DNA of 45,339 nt from Octopus sinensis (GCF_006345805.1 NW_021834702.1:1-45339), one strand, 5' to 3'; numbered from the stretch's first letter, positions 13,587-26,934 are shown. The notes: a model not told the origin generated them from the letters alone. Numbers and translations: made by a program.

Positions 13587-13879
13587 CTTCTTCTTCTTAT
13601 CATCATCATCATCATCATCATCAACAACAAGAACATCATCACCATCATCATCATTATCATCATATTTTTTCCTTCTTCAAATTTTCTTCTGTTTCTCGCT
13701 GAATGTTTTCCGTACACCTAGGGCAGAGAAGCTCATTGTATGCATTCCCAGATTACACACACAAATTCACAGGTAAAATATGTATTTTAAAAAATTCATA
13801 AATAAATAAATTCATGAATGGATGTTGTTTTCACAGTTGACACGATTTATTATTATTATATTTATTATTATTATTATTA

Positions 13880-13910
<31 letters not shown>

Positions 13911-15011
13911 CATTTCAGAGACAAACAACAGATGTGCCTAAAAGAGAATCTTCACAAGCTGCCTATGAAACTTCTTCTCACAAACACTTCATTCCATATA
14001 ATCGTTCTCATCTGTAAAACCTCAATATCCAAGTAAGTACACCAAATTGGACATATCGTAAAGCTGGTATATTACCACATCATTTATTGTATGCATCGCT
14101 TTATCTTGTTTTTCTATTATTAACGTTGGACGAAATGCCTCGTAGTACTTGGCTATGGTGTTTTTGCGTTCGGATTCGGGTTTCGGATTTGCGTTCAAAT
14201 TCTGGTTGTGTCAAATTACCATTCACCCTTCTGGGATTACTGCCGCTGTGGCTGTGGTTGTTGTATTTAGCCCCAGGACAACTTTGAGCTAACCTCTGAA
14301 CGTAGCTGTTTTAGACATTTTTTTTTATATTTAAGGTAGTCTTAGACATAGTATTTCTATGACTGCATTGACCAGTGTATCCAGTAGTGTAGTGTCTCAC
14401 CAGCGTCCGGCACTGTAGTTGGCTTACCAGCGATGCAATAAGTGCCAGCCAAATGCTGGCACCAACAATACTCTACAAGTCTACATCTTTAAATATATAG
14501 CATTAAGATTTCGTAGCGAAAAATGACGGCGATCATTAGATCGTCTGTGAAAAGGCTTCGCAGCATTCATATCGGACCTTTCGATAAAATCCCGCCGAGG
14601 TTAACATTACATCTCATATTTTCGAAGTCGATAGAATGAAGTAGTTGTGAAATAGTGAGGTCAAAAGCATCGACTGTAATCCTTCCCCTCCCCTCAAAAT
14701 GATTGAACTTATACCTAAGTAAGAAAGTAAGAGATTTTAGGGAGAAGTTATGATCTTAGTTTTGAGGTTACAGGATGCTTAGTATTTGATGTTCTTGACA
14801 AAAATATTATCATTTTTCTACTTTATTCCACCGACCTTTTGGACTTTTCTGCAGGCTCATGCATACAGATGCACACACACATACTCAAATGTATGTATAT
14901 ATAGATATGCATATTCACATATATATATACTCGTAATTTGTTTCACTACACAGGGTAAATTTACGCGTTCCTGTTCGACTGTATGTTATTTGCATATACT
15001 TATATATATGA

Positions 15012-15064
<53 letters not shown>

Positions 15065-15155
15065 CTGAAACAAGTAAAAGATATGTGTATGCACGTATGT
15101 ATGTATGTATGTATGTATGTATGTATGTATGTATGTATGTATGTGTATGTATGTA

Positions 15156-15186
<31 letters not shown>

Positions 15187-15199
15187 ATACATACATATT

Positions 15200-15712
15200 A
15201 AAGGTTTCAAAGAAATGGAACAGAAAAATTTACAGCAAGGTTACAGCAAATGTTTAATGTGTAAACTATCATTTGCAATACAGTTACGACATCGTCCAAT
15301 TATTAAATCAGCTACTTTTTTGCACACCTCCGGCGTAATATCTTGCCATGCATTCATCATGCTCTGTTTCAGATCATTCAGATTTTGGGGGATTACGCTG
15401 AACACCTTATTTTTTAGTACTCCCCAGAGACTCTCCGAGGGGATGAGGTCTGGGGACCTTACAGAACATTCGCGTGTCCGCGGCGGCCTATTCATCTGCC
15501 CGGAGCGGAAAATGTTCATCAAGCCAGTTTCGAACTGTTAGACCATAAGGAGCAGGGGCACAATCCTACCGAATGTACGAATCAGCATAATTTTCATATT
15601 GAGAGACTGTAGGCCACAAATTTTCCTTTAGCATTTTTAGATATGATTGGGCCATCACTATACTATCAAAGAAAAATATTCAGTAAGGTTTGGTTACTTC
15701 TGGGCCAACCTG
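15200..15712 (-). mobile_element. Internally deleted Tc1/mariner-superfamily transposon (C-terminal catalytic region)
   Basis: RSPDLIPSESLWGVLKNKVF...LNDLKQSMMNAW matches the SPDL motif region; the TIR-like end CAGGTTGGCCCAGAAG follows a TA. Confidence 0.8.
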
Positions 15713-15724
15713 TATATACATACA

Positions 15725-15765
<41 letters not shown>

Positions 15766-16115
15766 GTGTGTGTGTGTAGTTTATAATCTCTGACGAAGCC
15801 TAGAGAAATACCCAAGTACCTCAATTTCATCTACCAATTACTTCAGTCTACTTGAGTAATAAAGATAGAAAGAGGTATGTTTACGTCATGACTGAAACAG
15901 CTGTAAGTTATTTTCCCAATTTATATTCATGTATGATATTTTATAATAATTACTTGTATCCTTATATATTAATATATTTTATATCTTATATGTAAAGCAT
16001 ATGTTATACATGTATCTATATTATTGTAATTATCAGTTTAGTAAATAAATCAATGAGTTAACATAATATAATGTCTAAAAGTTGATGAACCACCTATTGA
16101 TCCCCTCCATTTTCT

Positions 16116-16153
<38 letters not shown>

Positions 16154-16168
16154 AATATATATATATAT

Positions 16169-16214
<46 letters not shown>

Positions 16215-17832
16215 TGTATGTATGTATGTATGTATGTATGTGTGTATGTATATATGTATATATATAATATATATATATATAGTATGTATATATATATATA
16301 TATATATATACTATGTCATATGTAAACAAAGTTAAATTTGTTTTTGAAGCTTTGAAATGTATAGTAGAGCAAGTAGAGAGATATATTTTTTCAACACGTA
16401 AATACTGAACAGTATATATAAAGGATAAAATCCTTTTAAGAGCAGAAATACTTGCTGGTTGCCGGCAAATTTTTCTGTTCTTGAAAGGGTTTTATCCTTT
16501 ATATATTATTGTTCAGTATTTACTTGTTGAAAGAATATATCTTTATACTCATATAGTATTTACTAACTGAGTAAGGACTTGCTCCTTCCCTCAAAATGTG
16601 TGACCTTGTTCCGAAATCAGAATCCTTAATAATCATTATTATTGCTGTTGTTTTTGTTGTTCGTCATATTATTATGTTTCGTGGGGTTTTCCTGGGGTAA
16701 ATTATGAGCTTTGTTTGGACATTCCCGGATTTCCGAAGACAGCGCCATTCGATTCAATGGCACCACATTATCAATAAAAAAAAACAGTGTTATAAAAATA
16801 TCGTCAAAATCCATGCTAGTTTATTGTACGGATTAAAGAAAATATTCTGGAAATTAACGTGGTTGAGCTGCAAATTATTAGAAAACTGGAATATGCTGTA
16901 GTATATTTTAGAACTGAGATTTATTAACTTCTCTTGTAATGTCTATTCAATTAGTCATATCCAAAGATTTTGGTCGAATTGATAAAGATATAGGAAGACA
17001 GAGAAAGAAATAGATAGGTGGTTAAGAAGGCAGATAGATAGATAGATAGAGATAGATAGATACATACATACATACATACATACATACATACATACATACA
17101 TACATACATACATACATACATACATACATACATACATACATAGCACTCTGAGGATTTTACAGGTATACTTTTAAGAGGTTTCGAGAGATATGATGAAGAC
17201 AATATTTGACTAGAATCTGTGAAAATTTATTTAAGATAAAGGAAATAATGAGGAAAAGTTAAATATTCTGCTCTTTTGTATCTGTATTATGCCAAATAGA
17301 ACCGCAGTTTGTTAGAGAATACAGCAATTCGATTGAGTTTAAACTTGTCCGACTAGACAAACAGCATTTGTTGGTCGGCCAAACTCAATGATATTGAAGA
17401 TTGATCAGTCTTGTTTTGAAATGAAGCAATTAAGTATGTTTCTATAGTTTAGCTGATGAGAGTTAGTTAACACTGACGTGTAGGGCCATTGTTTAGATTT
17501 ACAAGATCCTGTTACAGTATATATTTAGGAGTATGTCATATTGAAAACAGACAAACTGTGTCAAATCATAGCTTACGACCGCTGTACTAGCAAAGGTAAT
17601 GCCTCAGATCAGACATGCATTATTTGATGCCTAATTTTAGTGAAATATGTTTTTAAAAAGTCCAATTAGAAAAATTGTTATTGTACACGTAATTACTATG
17701 GCAGTCGACTGATAGATTCGTTACATCAGAGCTTCAGACTAATCTCCACTGAGAGTCGTTCCAGCTCCTTGCATTTTGTGCTCAAATTACGCTGAGGTCA
17801 ACTTGCCTTTTCCAGATGTGGTATCATCCCCA

Positions 17833-18072
17833 ACAAGGCGGCGAGCTGGTAGAAACGTTAGCACGCCGGGCGAAATGCGTAGCCATATTTCGTCTGCTGT
17901 TACGTTCTGAGTTAAAATTCCGCCGAGGTCAACTTTGCCTTTCATCCTTTCGGGGTCGATAAATTAAGTACCAGTTACGCACTGGGGTCAACATAATCGA
18001 CGTAATCCGTTTGTCTGTCCTTGTTTGTCCACTCTATGTTTAGCCCCTTGTGGGTAGTAAAGAAATAGGTAT
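17833..18072 (+). mobile_element. SINE family A
   Basis: Full head and body, ending at aaagaaataggtat. Confidence 0.9.
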
Positions 18073-19038
18073 CATCTCTATTCTAGTACGAGGAATGACT
18101 CTCTCTCTCTTTCTCTCTCTCTCTTTCTGTATCTCTTCTCTCTCTCTCTCTTTATCTCTCTCTCTTTTCTCTCTCTCTTCTCTCTCTCTCTTCCCTCTCT
18201 CCCGCTCTTTCTCTAACACACATACACACACGTTCTCTCTATCTCTGCCTCTCACTTTCTTACACGCAAACTCACACACACAACTTCTCTCTCTCTCTCT
18301 CTCCTCTTCTTCTCCGTGAAAGAGTCATTATGGACGTCCACTCATAGTATCCCTTTCATTCACAAAAGATAGAGTGTGAGCCATGTGCTAACAACCTTTT
18401 CCCTCACAGAATACTACATAAAACCGTCCTAAAGTCCTGTACAGTATAGTTGATGTCGACAGATCGATCCATTGTACAATGCGAAACGCTATTATAAAAA
18501 TACTTAATCAACATAATGACAGCATACATCATTAATACGAATGTGTCGGAGAAATAACAATTATAAATAGCTTTTCTGCCCTTGCAATATATTCAAGGAC
18601 AATATTAAATATATTACTTTGAAGAAGCCATTTGCTGACTGTAGAAAGGTATTTTAGCGAGTTGTTGCAAAATAACATCAAGCATACTCATAGTAATAAT
18701 AGGTTTAATTATTACAATTAATAATTATTTTGTAATCTTGGCACAAGGCCAGCAATTTTAAGGAGAGAGGGCAAGTCTGTTTAACCGGTCTCCGTACTTG
18801 ACAGGTCTCTGTACTTGACGTCATTTTATTAATACTGAAAGGACGAAAGGCAACGTCTACCTCGGTGGAATTTGAACTCAGAACGTAAAAGCTGCAAGAA
18901 TATAATGAATAATAATTTCTAATAAATTTTATATTTTTCGTTTTTTTTTCTATTTATTTTTTAAACAACTAGGCGGTTTTTATATAGATTTTTCGTAGTA
19001 TCTGAGAAAAAAAACAGACATAAATCCGTATCATAAAA

Positions 19039-19245
19039 ATTGTTCGAAAGCAATTATTTGAAAAGCAGTTATTCGAAATGAATATCACTTGTGTACTTGG
19101 GTTTTCATTTTATCGTTTTTGTTTATTAAATAAAATAAAAAATTAAGAATAATTAACATTTCGTATAATTGTCCTTTTAAATAATTTTCATTCATACAAT
19201 TCTTCATTCGAATAAATGTTTTTCGAATAATTGTTTTCGAACAAT
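19039..19245. repeat. MITE-like remnant with roughly 38-bp inverted arms built of TTCGAA sub-repeats
   Basis: attgttcgaaagcaattatttgaaaagcagttattcgaa at 19039 matches the reverse complement of 19207-19245 with about 4 mismatches. Confidence 0.5.
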
Positions 19246-19434
19246 GTTCGCATAATCATATAAATCACTGCAATAAATCTCATTAAGTCTGTGTCTTTAG
19301 AAACACAGGACGTTTTTTTTTAATACTTTTCTCAGTATTCGTCAGATCGTTTGTATGGTACTCTCATTGCACGACGTTTTCGTATGACATCGTGAGAACG
19401 TTTTGGTGTGTTTAGCCCTGTGTTTTGGTGCCCA

Positions 19435-19865
19435 GGATCTTTTCGGTTTGAACGGCAGTTTTTTAAAATAATTTCCACGTAACTAAAAACTTTTAAACTT
19501 CGTATACTGTTAGAATATGTTTATAAAGCATCTTTTTCTCTTGCCTTTATTGAGAAAATTCTATAATTTGTAAGATATTTGTTGTTTTATTTCTTCAATT
19601 TCTGCAATTTCAACCAATCAATGACGTCTATTGAAGTGAAAACATTCTGTACCGTATGAATATGTCCCTCGTTTAAGAAACAGATTGGGTTTGTTTACAT
19701 TTCTGAATAAAAAAGATACCCTTCCCCCCACCCCTAACCCTAACCCTAACTAACCCTACCCCTAAAATAGATTGAAATGCAATAGATCGATACTAGGGTC
19801 ATAATTATGGGTGATAATTTCATATGACACCGCTAGAAAAACTACCGTTTAAACCGAAAAGATCC
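19435..19865. mobile_element. MITE (Merlin-like), copy 1, with internal (CCCTAA)n
   Basis: 29-bp TIR GGATCTTTTCGGTTTGAACGGCAGTTTTT (2 mismatches between ends); 8-bp TSD ggtgccca/ggtgtcca. Confidence 0.85.
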
Positions 19866-19984
19866 GGTGTCCATTTCGTTCCATTCCTTTCTTGATAATC
19901 ATTGATTTTAAGTTAACCACAGTGGCCCACATTTCAAGAGGGGTACAACACACACATACAACCATCGCCAGAAGATTAATGGGC

Positions 19985-20500
19985 AAAGTATAGACCAGCG
20001 GTAGTTGAATACAACATTTAAACGTATGCAACGAAATATTACAAGCAGAGACACACATTTTCACAGAAGAACACACGCCCGAGAAGTTGAACACAGTCAC
20101 TGGGACCAGCAGGATTTGAACCAGGCATTTAAACGCATGCAACAAAGTACTGCAAGTACTCTCCCCCCACCTTCTTCAAGAACAAACACACCCACGGGAA
20201 TTAGAACAGAGACACTGGGATAAGTGGGATTTAAACCCTAAATTTCTATGTATTCAACAAAATATTGCAAGCAAACCCCCAATACTTTACAGACAGACAC
20301 ATCCCCGGGAGATAGAAGAGAGACGTCGAGACCAGCGGGATTTTAACTTGGCATTTAAACGTATGCTTCTCATACAAACATACCCCCGGGAGGTAGAACA
20401 CAGGATCTGGGGTTAGCGGGATTTGAACCTGGCATTTATATGTATGCAACAAATACACTGCATGTAAACTCCCAATTCTTCACAGACAAACACACCCCGT
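19985..20500. repeat. Diverged tandem repeat, unit about 111 bp, about 5 units
   Basis: The anchor catttaaacgtatgcaac recurs at 20015, 20126, 20241, 20352 and 20433. Confidence 0.8.
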
Positions 20501-20779
20501 GATGTACAACACTGCAAGGTGATTTGAGTGTATTTACACCATTTGTCTGTAGCGAGAAATTTTCTCCTTGACAAAACAGTGAATGCTTTTTTTACAAGTC
20601 CGAACTAATAATAACATTCCATACGTATATATATAGTGGGAGCGCATGGCCTTGTGGTTAAGGTGTTGCACTCACGATTCACCTTGCCTATAGTAAGCTA
20701 CCGGACAAACTGAAAGAGTGAATAATACGCTCTTGCAGCACTATACCTGGAAGTTAAAGCAGCTGCTCAGCAATTCAAG

Positions 20780-21275
20780 CGTAGATGGAATATATCTCGA
20801 CCTTGCAAACCCTTTCAGAAAGTAAATCATGGTATGATATGTGACAAGCTGTGTAATCTTCGCATAGTCAGAAAACTTGGAGAATGGTTACATGACTTCC
20901 TAAAAGATAGAAGTGAAGTAGCTAACGGGGCCACCTCCGAGGAAACATAAATAGTGTTGTGTTCCACAAGGCACTGTCTTGGGGTCGCTGATACTCATAG
21001 TGGCCCTATCAGACATGACCTCAGCTGCTCAGATAGCCATCTTTGCTAGCTGTCTAAATGACACAAAAGTATCTCAAAGAGTAGAGAACCCTGAAGACGT
21101 TGTGCTTCTGCAGCGGGAGCTGGACGCAACATGCAGGTGGTCTGAGGAAAATAACATATAGTTTAATGCTGAAAAATTCCAAGCCCTGCACTTCCAACAG
21201 AAAAAGCTCAATGAAAATCAAACAAGATACACTGGGTCAAGAGAGATTGCGATCCTTGAACCAAAATCAGTGCCC
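20780..21275 (+). mobile_element. Decayed CR1/L2-group LINE reverse transcriptase fragment
   Basis: IYLDLAKPFQKVNHG...VPQGTVLG...NDTKV...LQRELD...WSEENNI*FNAEKF. Confidence 0.8.
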
Positions 21276-21480
21276 CAACTGAAAGTAGATTATATATATA
21301 TATATATATATACATATTGTTCAGAAAAATTGTTATGAGACTAGGATATTTTCTTAATTTTCTGAACATGAAACCAATGGTATCCCTAATTCATTCACAA
21401 ATAATGAAATTATATCTACCAATGCAGTATTGAGTACACATTTTCATTGTTCGACATTTACGTATATATATATATGTATG

Positions 21481-21514
<34 letters not shown>

Positions 21515-21569
21515 TGTATGTATGTATGTATGTATGTATGTATGTATGCATATATGTGAGTGTGTATGC

Positions 21570-21739
21570 GTGTGGGCGATTTTTTTCCTCCGTCTTCCTT
21601 TTCTCTTGGACTTTCCCTGTCTCCTGTCTCTGAAGAAGAGCTTTGCACCAAACGTAAAACTACCTTTGAGCGTTGTTAATACTCTGCATGTACCACGTAC
21701 TCGAATTATTTGTTTTTCCTGGTGTTTTTTCTTCATTTT

Positions 21740-21743
<4 letters not shown>
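21570..21743 (+). mobile_element. Penelope-like element 3' terminus ending at (TA)n
   Basis: Pyrimidine-rich lead, hammerhead-like motif, gagcgtt..taata block also seen (diverged) in 28675-28885, and termination at a TA tract. Confidence 0.45.
21626..21660 (+). ncRNA. Degenerate minimal hammerhead-ribozyme-like motif
   Basis: GTCT-CTGAAGA-A-GAGC-TTT-GCAC-CAAA-CG-T-A-AAAC; three substitutions away from a fully paired minimal hammerhead. Confidence 0.45.
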
Positions 21744-21781
<38 letters not shown>

Positions 21782-21782
<1 letters not shown>

Positions 21783-22200
21783 AATGAATGTTTTTATATA
21801 TAATGAACGTGAAATACAGGAAGGGACGAACACGGAACACAGACAAATCATTCGAAGCCTTCAATCTTCAGTCAGACACCGAATCATCATAGCAAATTTC
21901 GGCTGTTCAATTCTGATATTTGCTCCAACTCGGCCAGCCCCAAGAAAAAAAACTAAGCTGTAAGCATTAGATTTCTTGGTAGAAGACAGGAATGTGAACG
22001 CACAAGACGGATGTAAATACAAGAGACGAAAACGAAATTGAAAACAGTAATGAATAAACAAAATATATATAACGGTGGTTGTCATACGACTTTAGACCAA
22101 ATGAGACAGAAACAACAACAACATAGCAGCTGGCGTAGAAATAATTACCGTTTCGGTAGCGGGGACACATGTTGGTCGAGATACGATGGCCAACAGAATG
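21782..22200 (-). mobile_element. Interspersed repeat related to 43390-43900, possibly a Penelope-like terminus
   Basis: Shared block cagccccaag.aaaaactaagct...gcattagatt.cttgg; both copies abut (TA)n on the same side. The class assignment is tentative. Confidence 0.4.
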
Positions 22201-22259
22201 GTTAAGAAGCAGCAGGTTGCAGGAGAGAGAGAGAAAGAGAGACAGAGAGAGAGGGAATC

Positions 22260-22850
22260 AATATATATCGACGGCCCTGGCTTAAGGCCTTCTCTTCCTC
22301 AACATGGACTATAGCAAAGCCAACTGCACTATAGACAGCATTACCTTTAAATAGTACAGAAACTAGCAGTTCGAAGGAATATTTAAACACTGCTCTTTGC
22401 ATGAAACTTGACCGAAGGATCGCCACCACTCTAATTGCGGGAACCCTGAAGAGCTTTGGTTTACGTCGATCCATGACTCAAATCGAAAGGAAAAGTAGCG
22501 AATTCATTCGTTCCTATGCTTTGATTAAACTACAAATTGGATTATTAGGCCATATATTCAAAGAAGAGACTAAAACACAAAAAGGCGAAAAAGGAACCAG
22601 TGGCTCAATGGAATCCGAGAGGGTCGTGGTGAGCTGTGAGAGAGGAAAATAACAAAACAGATGTCACCTCTTTGGAGAACTGTGAGCTCAAGGAGAACAA
22701 CAGCAGCAAAGCAAAGGTCCAGCAGGAAAAGCATAAGCCAAAGACGAAGATGAAAGTACGAACGAACAAGCTGAGGATGGCTACAAGTCCAAGGCGAACG
22801 CAAAATCAATGAGGTAGAAATTGCGAAGAAAAGGGCTCTGGAATAAAGAA
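22260..22850 (+). mobile_element. Possible decayed gag-like ORF1 of a retroelement
   Basis: An open stretch (22401-22652) followed by RGK*QNRCHLFGEL, resembling a ruined CCHC knuckle. Confidence 0.3.
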
Positions 22851-23098
22851 GGCCTATTCAGTCTGTAAGTTCTATACAATGGGTACCTACTGGAATGAAG
22901 ATATTGGGACACGTTGTAGATTTACTCGGAAAACAGTCTACGAGTAAAAAAAAAACAACTCCACAAGGATCAACGAGGACACAACCCCAGGTCACAAAAC
23001 GTGATGCCTTCACCTTGGAAATATATGATTGGTGCACACGCTGCTCCTAAGAGGAAACAATATGTAGGCGCAGTGCAGGTAGCAGGTGCAGAACAACG

Positions 23099-23447
23099 GT
23101 CTTCTTTATTGCCCACAAGGGCAAAAAAGGGGCAAAACATAGAGAGGACAAACAAGGACAGACAAACGGATTAAGTCGATTACATTGACCCCAGTGCGTC
23201 ACTGGTACGTAATTTATCGACCCCGAAAAGATGAAAGGCAAAGTCGACCTCGGTGGAATTTTAACTCAGAACGTAACCGCAGACGAAATACCTATTTCTT
23301 TACTAACCACAAGGGGCTAAACACAGAGGGGACAAACAAGGACAGACGCACGGATTAAGTCGATTACATCGACCCCAGTGCGTAACTGGTACTTATTTAA
23401 TCGATCCCGAAAGGATGAAAGGCAAAGTCGACCTCAGCGGAATTTTT
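23099..23447 (-). mobile_element. SINE family A dimer
   Basis: Two body units joined at gaaatag|gtatttcgtctgc near 23293. Confidence 0.9.
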
Positions 23448-25367
23448 TACCGTTCAGTCTACACAGACCACCTCATCTTTTCTTGGAATTCTACGCATCT
23501 CAGTTTTTTTTCTTCTTATTCACCTTCCGTGTCTTCTCATTTAAATCTCAGCACCTTTTGTTGCTGACACCACCAAACTCAACAATATTGTTGAAAGGTG
23601 CTGAAATTATAATGATATTTGGTCGGCAACTGATGAGGAGTTTAGCTTGTCTGCGTCCATTGTGTCTGATTTTTCTGTTTTTCATCACATTACATTTTTA
23701 TTATTTTCATTTAATTTTTAATTAATTTCAATTCCAGAGTACTCTCTCTTTCCCGTTTTAAAAAACTTTCCATTCACGCCAACTAAACTTTCTTCTCATT
23801 ATAGGTGTAATTTTCAAATGATTAAGTCATTTCTTTTGTCTCGCGATATTATTTATGTTAGGCCACACAACACTAATTAACTCACAGTACACTGCTAAAC
23901 AAGTAACTTGGTCTTCATTTCACCATCACTCTCGCCAACTAACTCTCTTCCTAACTAAATCATATCAAGCTCATCTATCAGCAACACAAACCAACCAGCC
24001 ACCGCTAAATCATACCACGCTCTGCACTTCGTTCGGTATTTTACACCAATCAGCGATGTATTGGAGAAGTCGCCATCTCGTCGAATAAGAAGCCTTGTGG
24101 TGTTTGTTCTAATTCTCTGTTTTTAACTTCAAATCCCACCTAGGTAAAATTTGCCCTTTACTCTTTCAAGATCGTTAAATTTTTCAATTTCGGGTGAGAA
24201 ATTGGCGGATATCTAACAATGTGGAACTGGATCCTTTGTGGCATTTGTTCCAGCATTTTTTTTTTTTTGTTTTGTTTTGGTTTCAAATCCTGCTTTAAGC
24301 TACATAGGTGTGTAGATTTATCTTGTCACTCGTTTTAACGTCAACTTCTGGGACCCCATGTGGATTTAGAGAATGCCTGAATGCTCGTAACTCTGATACA
24401 ATGATTCGGGTTAGGTCATTCATTTGAGTACACAACCCACCAATTTTGAGATCTCTGAGAAAAGTTACGGACACTACTTTTTCCCTGACTAAAAGATTTT
24501 AAAAAAAACACCATTCTCTTGGCCCTGCCACACTTTACTCTCTACATCTTTAATTCACTTGTGATTACCTCTTCATCTATTTCTTGCCTGTACCATTTAC
24601 CACATTCACGCTCTTATTTACTTCCATGGGCCATTATCTGACCATCCCGTCAAAATAACTTAGTCTAAAACATCAGATTGTTCCATTTCTGATCGCAACC
24701 AAACTTACTGACACCAACAAGCTAAATTGTTTGACTATTCTTGCTGACTGAGATCTTCAACGCTTTACTTGACTCTTATCAAAATGAGGGTGCTTTTATG
24801 CGGTCATTAGTCCTGCTAGAAATAGCAACCTTAGCTTGCACTCTACCGTCATCAGGAAGGAAGGACAAAGTAGATAACGTAGTCCTCGATGGGCAGTATG
24901 TGACAGAAATCCGGTATGGGCATGACTAAGGTCTATTCAGTCAAGTCTAATTTGTAGCTAAACAATATTATCAACAACCTCACTAATATTCAACATAAAC
25001 CTGATGAATATCATGTATACACCTACTTCTTGAAGAGAGACGAAGAGTGAGATGGTAAAGGCACCTTTCACTTACTGAGTGAATGGCTACAGATGGCACA
25101 CACGATGCATTGTCGAATTTAAAAGTGACCTCAGAAGTATTTACGCCTTTTTACTTTCTGAGGTCAAACTTTGCTGGGTTAACGTTGGTTTTCGTCCTGA
25201 AGTAAAATACTGTACGGCAAATTATGCGAAGTCCTTCAGTGCCTTTTAAATGTGCATTTCTAACTGTTTTGCACTTCGTTCACTGACTGATACAAAAGTA
25301 TTAGTAATATTTTAATCAGCTGACATAAATGTCCAAAGTTCACATGATTAATTAATTAGTTCATTCG

Positions 25368-25620
25368 CTGGTGGTGGCGATAGTGGCGATAGCAGCGGCG
25401 GCGGCGGCGGCGGTGGCGATTGTGGTGGTGGCGGCGGCTGCGGCGATGGTGGTAGTGGTGGTGTTGGTGGTGGTGGTGGTGGTGGCGGCGGCGGCGGCGA
25501 TGATGGTGGTGGTGGTGGTGGTGGTGCTGGTGCTGGTGCTGCTGCTGGTGCTGCTGCTGGTGCTGGTGGTGGAGATGGCGTTGTTAATGACGGTAATAGC
25601 GGTAGTTGTTGTTGTTGTTT
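25368..25620. repeat. GC-rich trinucleotide low-complexity tract (GGT/GGC/GCT)
   Basis: Direct reading; no splice sites or ORF support around it. Confidence 0.9.
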
Positions 25621-26295
25621 AACTGCAGATCAGTAGACTTAATATCAAATGTATTTTATCTGTGGCCATCCCTGATCTTATCAATATGCCTTTCCTTATT
25701 TACGACGGTGGATTTCATTTGGAAATAACATGGCTGATATCTCCCTGTAAATTTGAGGCTTTATATTTCCTTCACAAATTTTAGTCCCATGAATATTTCC
25801 TATACAACTATAGACAGTTTCATTGTATCACTAAACAATTTCATCTATAGTAATAAATGCCAAAACGAATGTCTGTGTGTCAGTGTGTCACACTTTGAAC
25901 CCCACCTCTCTCGCTATTCAGTGACACTTCTACTATTCCTCTTGTAGGGGTGAGATTAGTAGCAGGCATGGAGACAGTGAGGGCGGTAGTAGATTGACGG
26001 TTGTGATGGTAATAGGGTGATAATAATAGTATGAGCTGCAGTTGTGATAGAGGCGGAGGCGATAGTGATGATGCTGGTGATCAGGGATGACGGTAATAGT
26101 ATGCAATGTGAAAGACAGTGGTGATAGTGATGGAGGGAAAGGCGATGAAGTCAACGGTATTGGTGGTGGTGGCGTCAGAAGTCTGAAAGGTGTGTGTACG
26201 GCAGTTGTGGTGGTGGTGGTGGTGGTGGTGGTGGTACTTGTGATGGTGATGGTTGAAAACAATAAACAGAAAGAGAGAGAGAGAGAAAGAAAGCG

Positions 26296-26326
<31 letters not shown>

Positions 26327-26644
26327 AGAAAGAAAGTAAGAAAGAAAGAAAGAGGTTAGGTAGAAAAAATTCTACTGACCCCCGAATGGGAAGACAAAAA
26401 ACAATGCTGTTTATCACGCAGCTTTGCAATAAGTTCTAAGTCGACAAATTATATCATTGTTTTAATGAAAATTCTTCATTGCCTAAAAGATATAGGTCAA
26501 GTTTAATAAAATTTGATAGGTAATGCATGAAATGTCATTGTTGAGCCCACAAGGCTCAATGAACAGCCCTCTACAGGAGCTAGTATGTAATATATATATA
26601 TAGCTTTTAAGCTAGTATGTAATGTAAAAACATATATATATATG

Positions 26645-26699
<55 letters not shown>

Positions 26700-26704
<5 letters not shown>

Positions 26705-26860
26705 GTATAGTAAGAAACAAGCGTCCGAACCACATGATTCCGAGTTCAGTCTCACTACGTGACATCTTGGACAGGTGTCTCTTACTATAGCCTCAGGGTA
26801 AGCAAAGGCTTGTGAGTGGATCTGGTAGACGGAAACTGAAAGAAACCCATCGTATATCTA
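26700..26860 (+). mobile_element. SINE family B, 5' part
   Basis: Decayed tRNA-like head plus gtggatctggtagacggaaactgaaagaa. Confidence 0.8.
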
Positions 26861-26880
26861 TCTACAGATAGAGAGATAGT

Positions 26881-26934
<54 letters not shown>

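Noticed and set aside
18385-18409. Strong branch point and acceptor (TGCTAAC...ccctcacag)
   Set aside because: All three downstream frames stop within about 40 nt and there is no good donor; an isolated motif.
19720-19765. Telomere or chromosome-fusion relic
   Set aside because: The TTAGGG tracts are internal to a MITE with intact TIRs and TSDs.
21842-21871. CTGAAGA...GAAT motif on the minus strand (similar one at 43477-43506)
   Set aside because: GAAT instead of GAAA, and stems I and III do not form; not called a hammerhead.
25368-25620. Gly/Ala-rich reading frame
   Set aside because: Trinucleotide low complexity without splice or start support.
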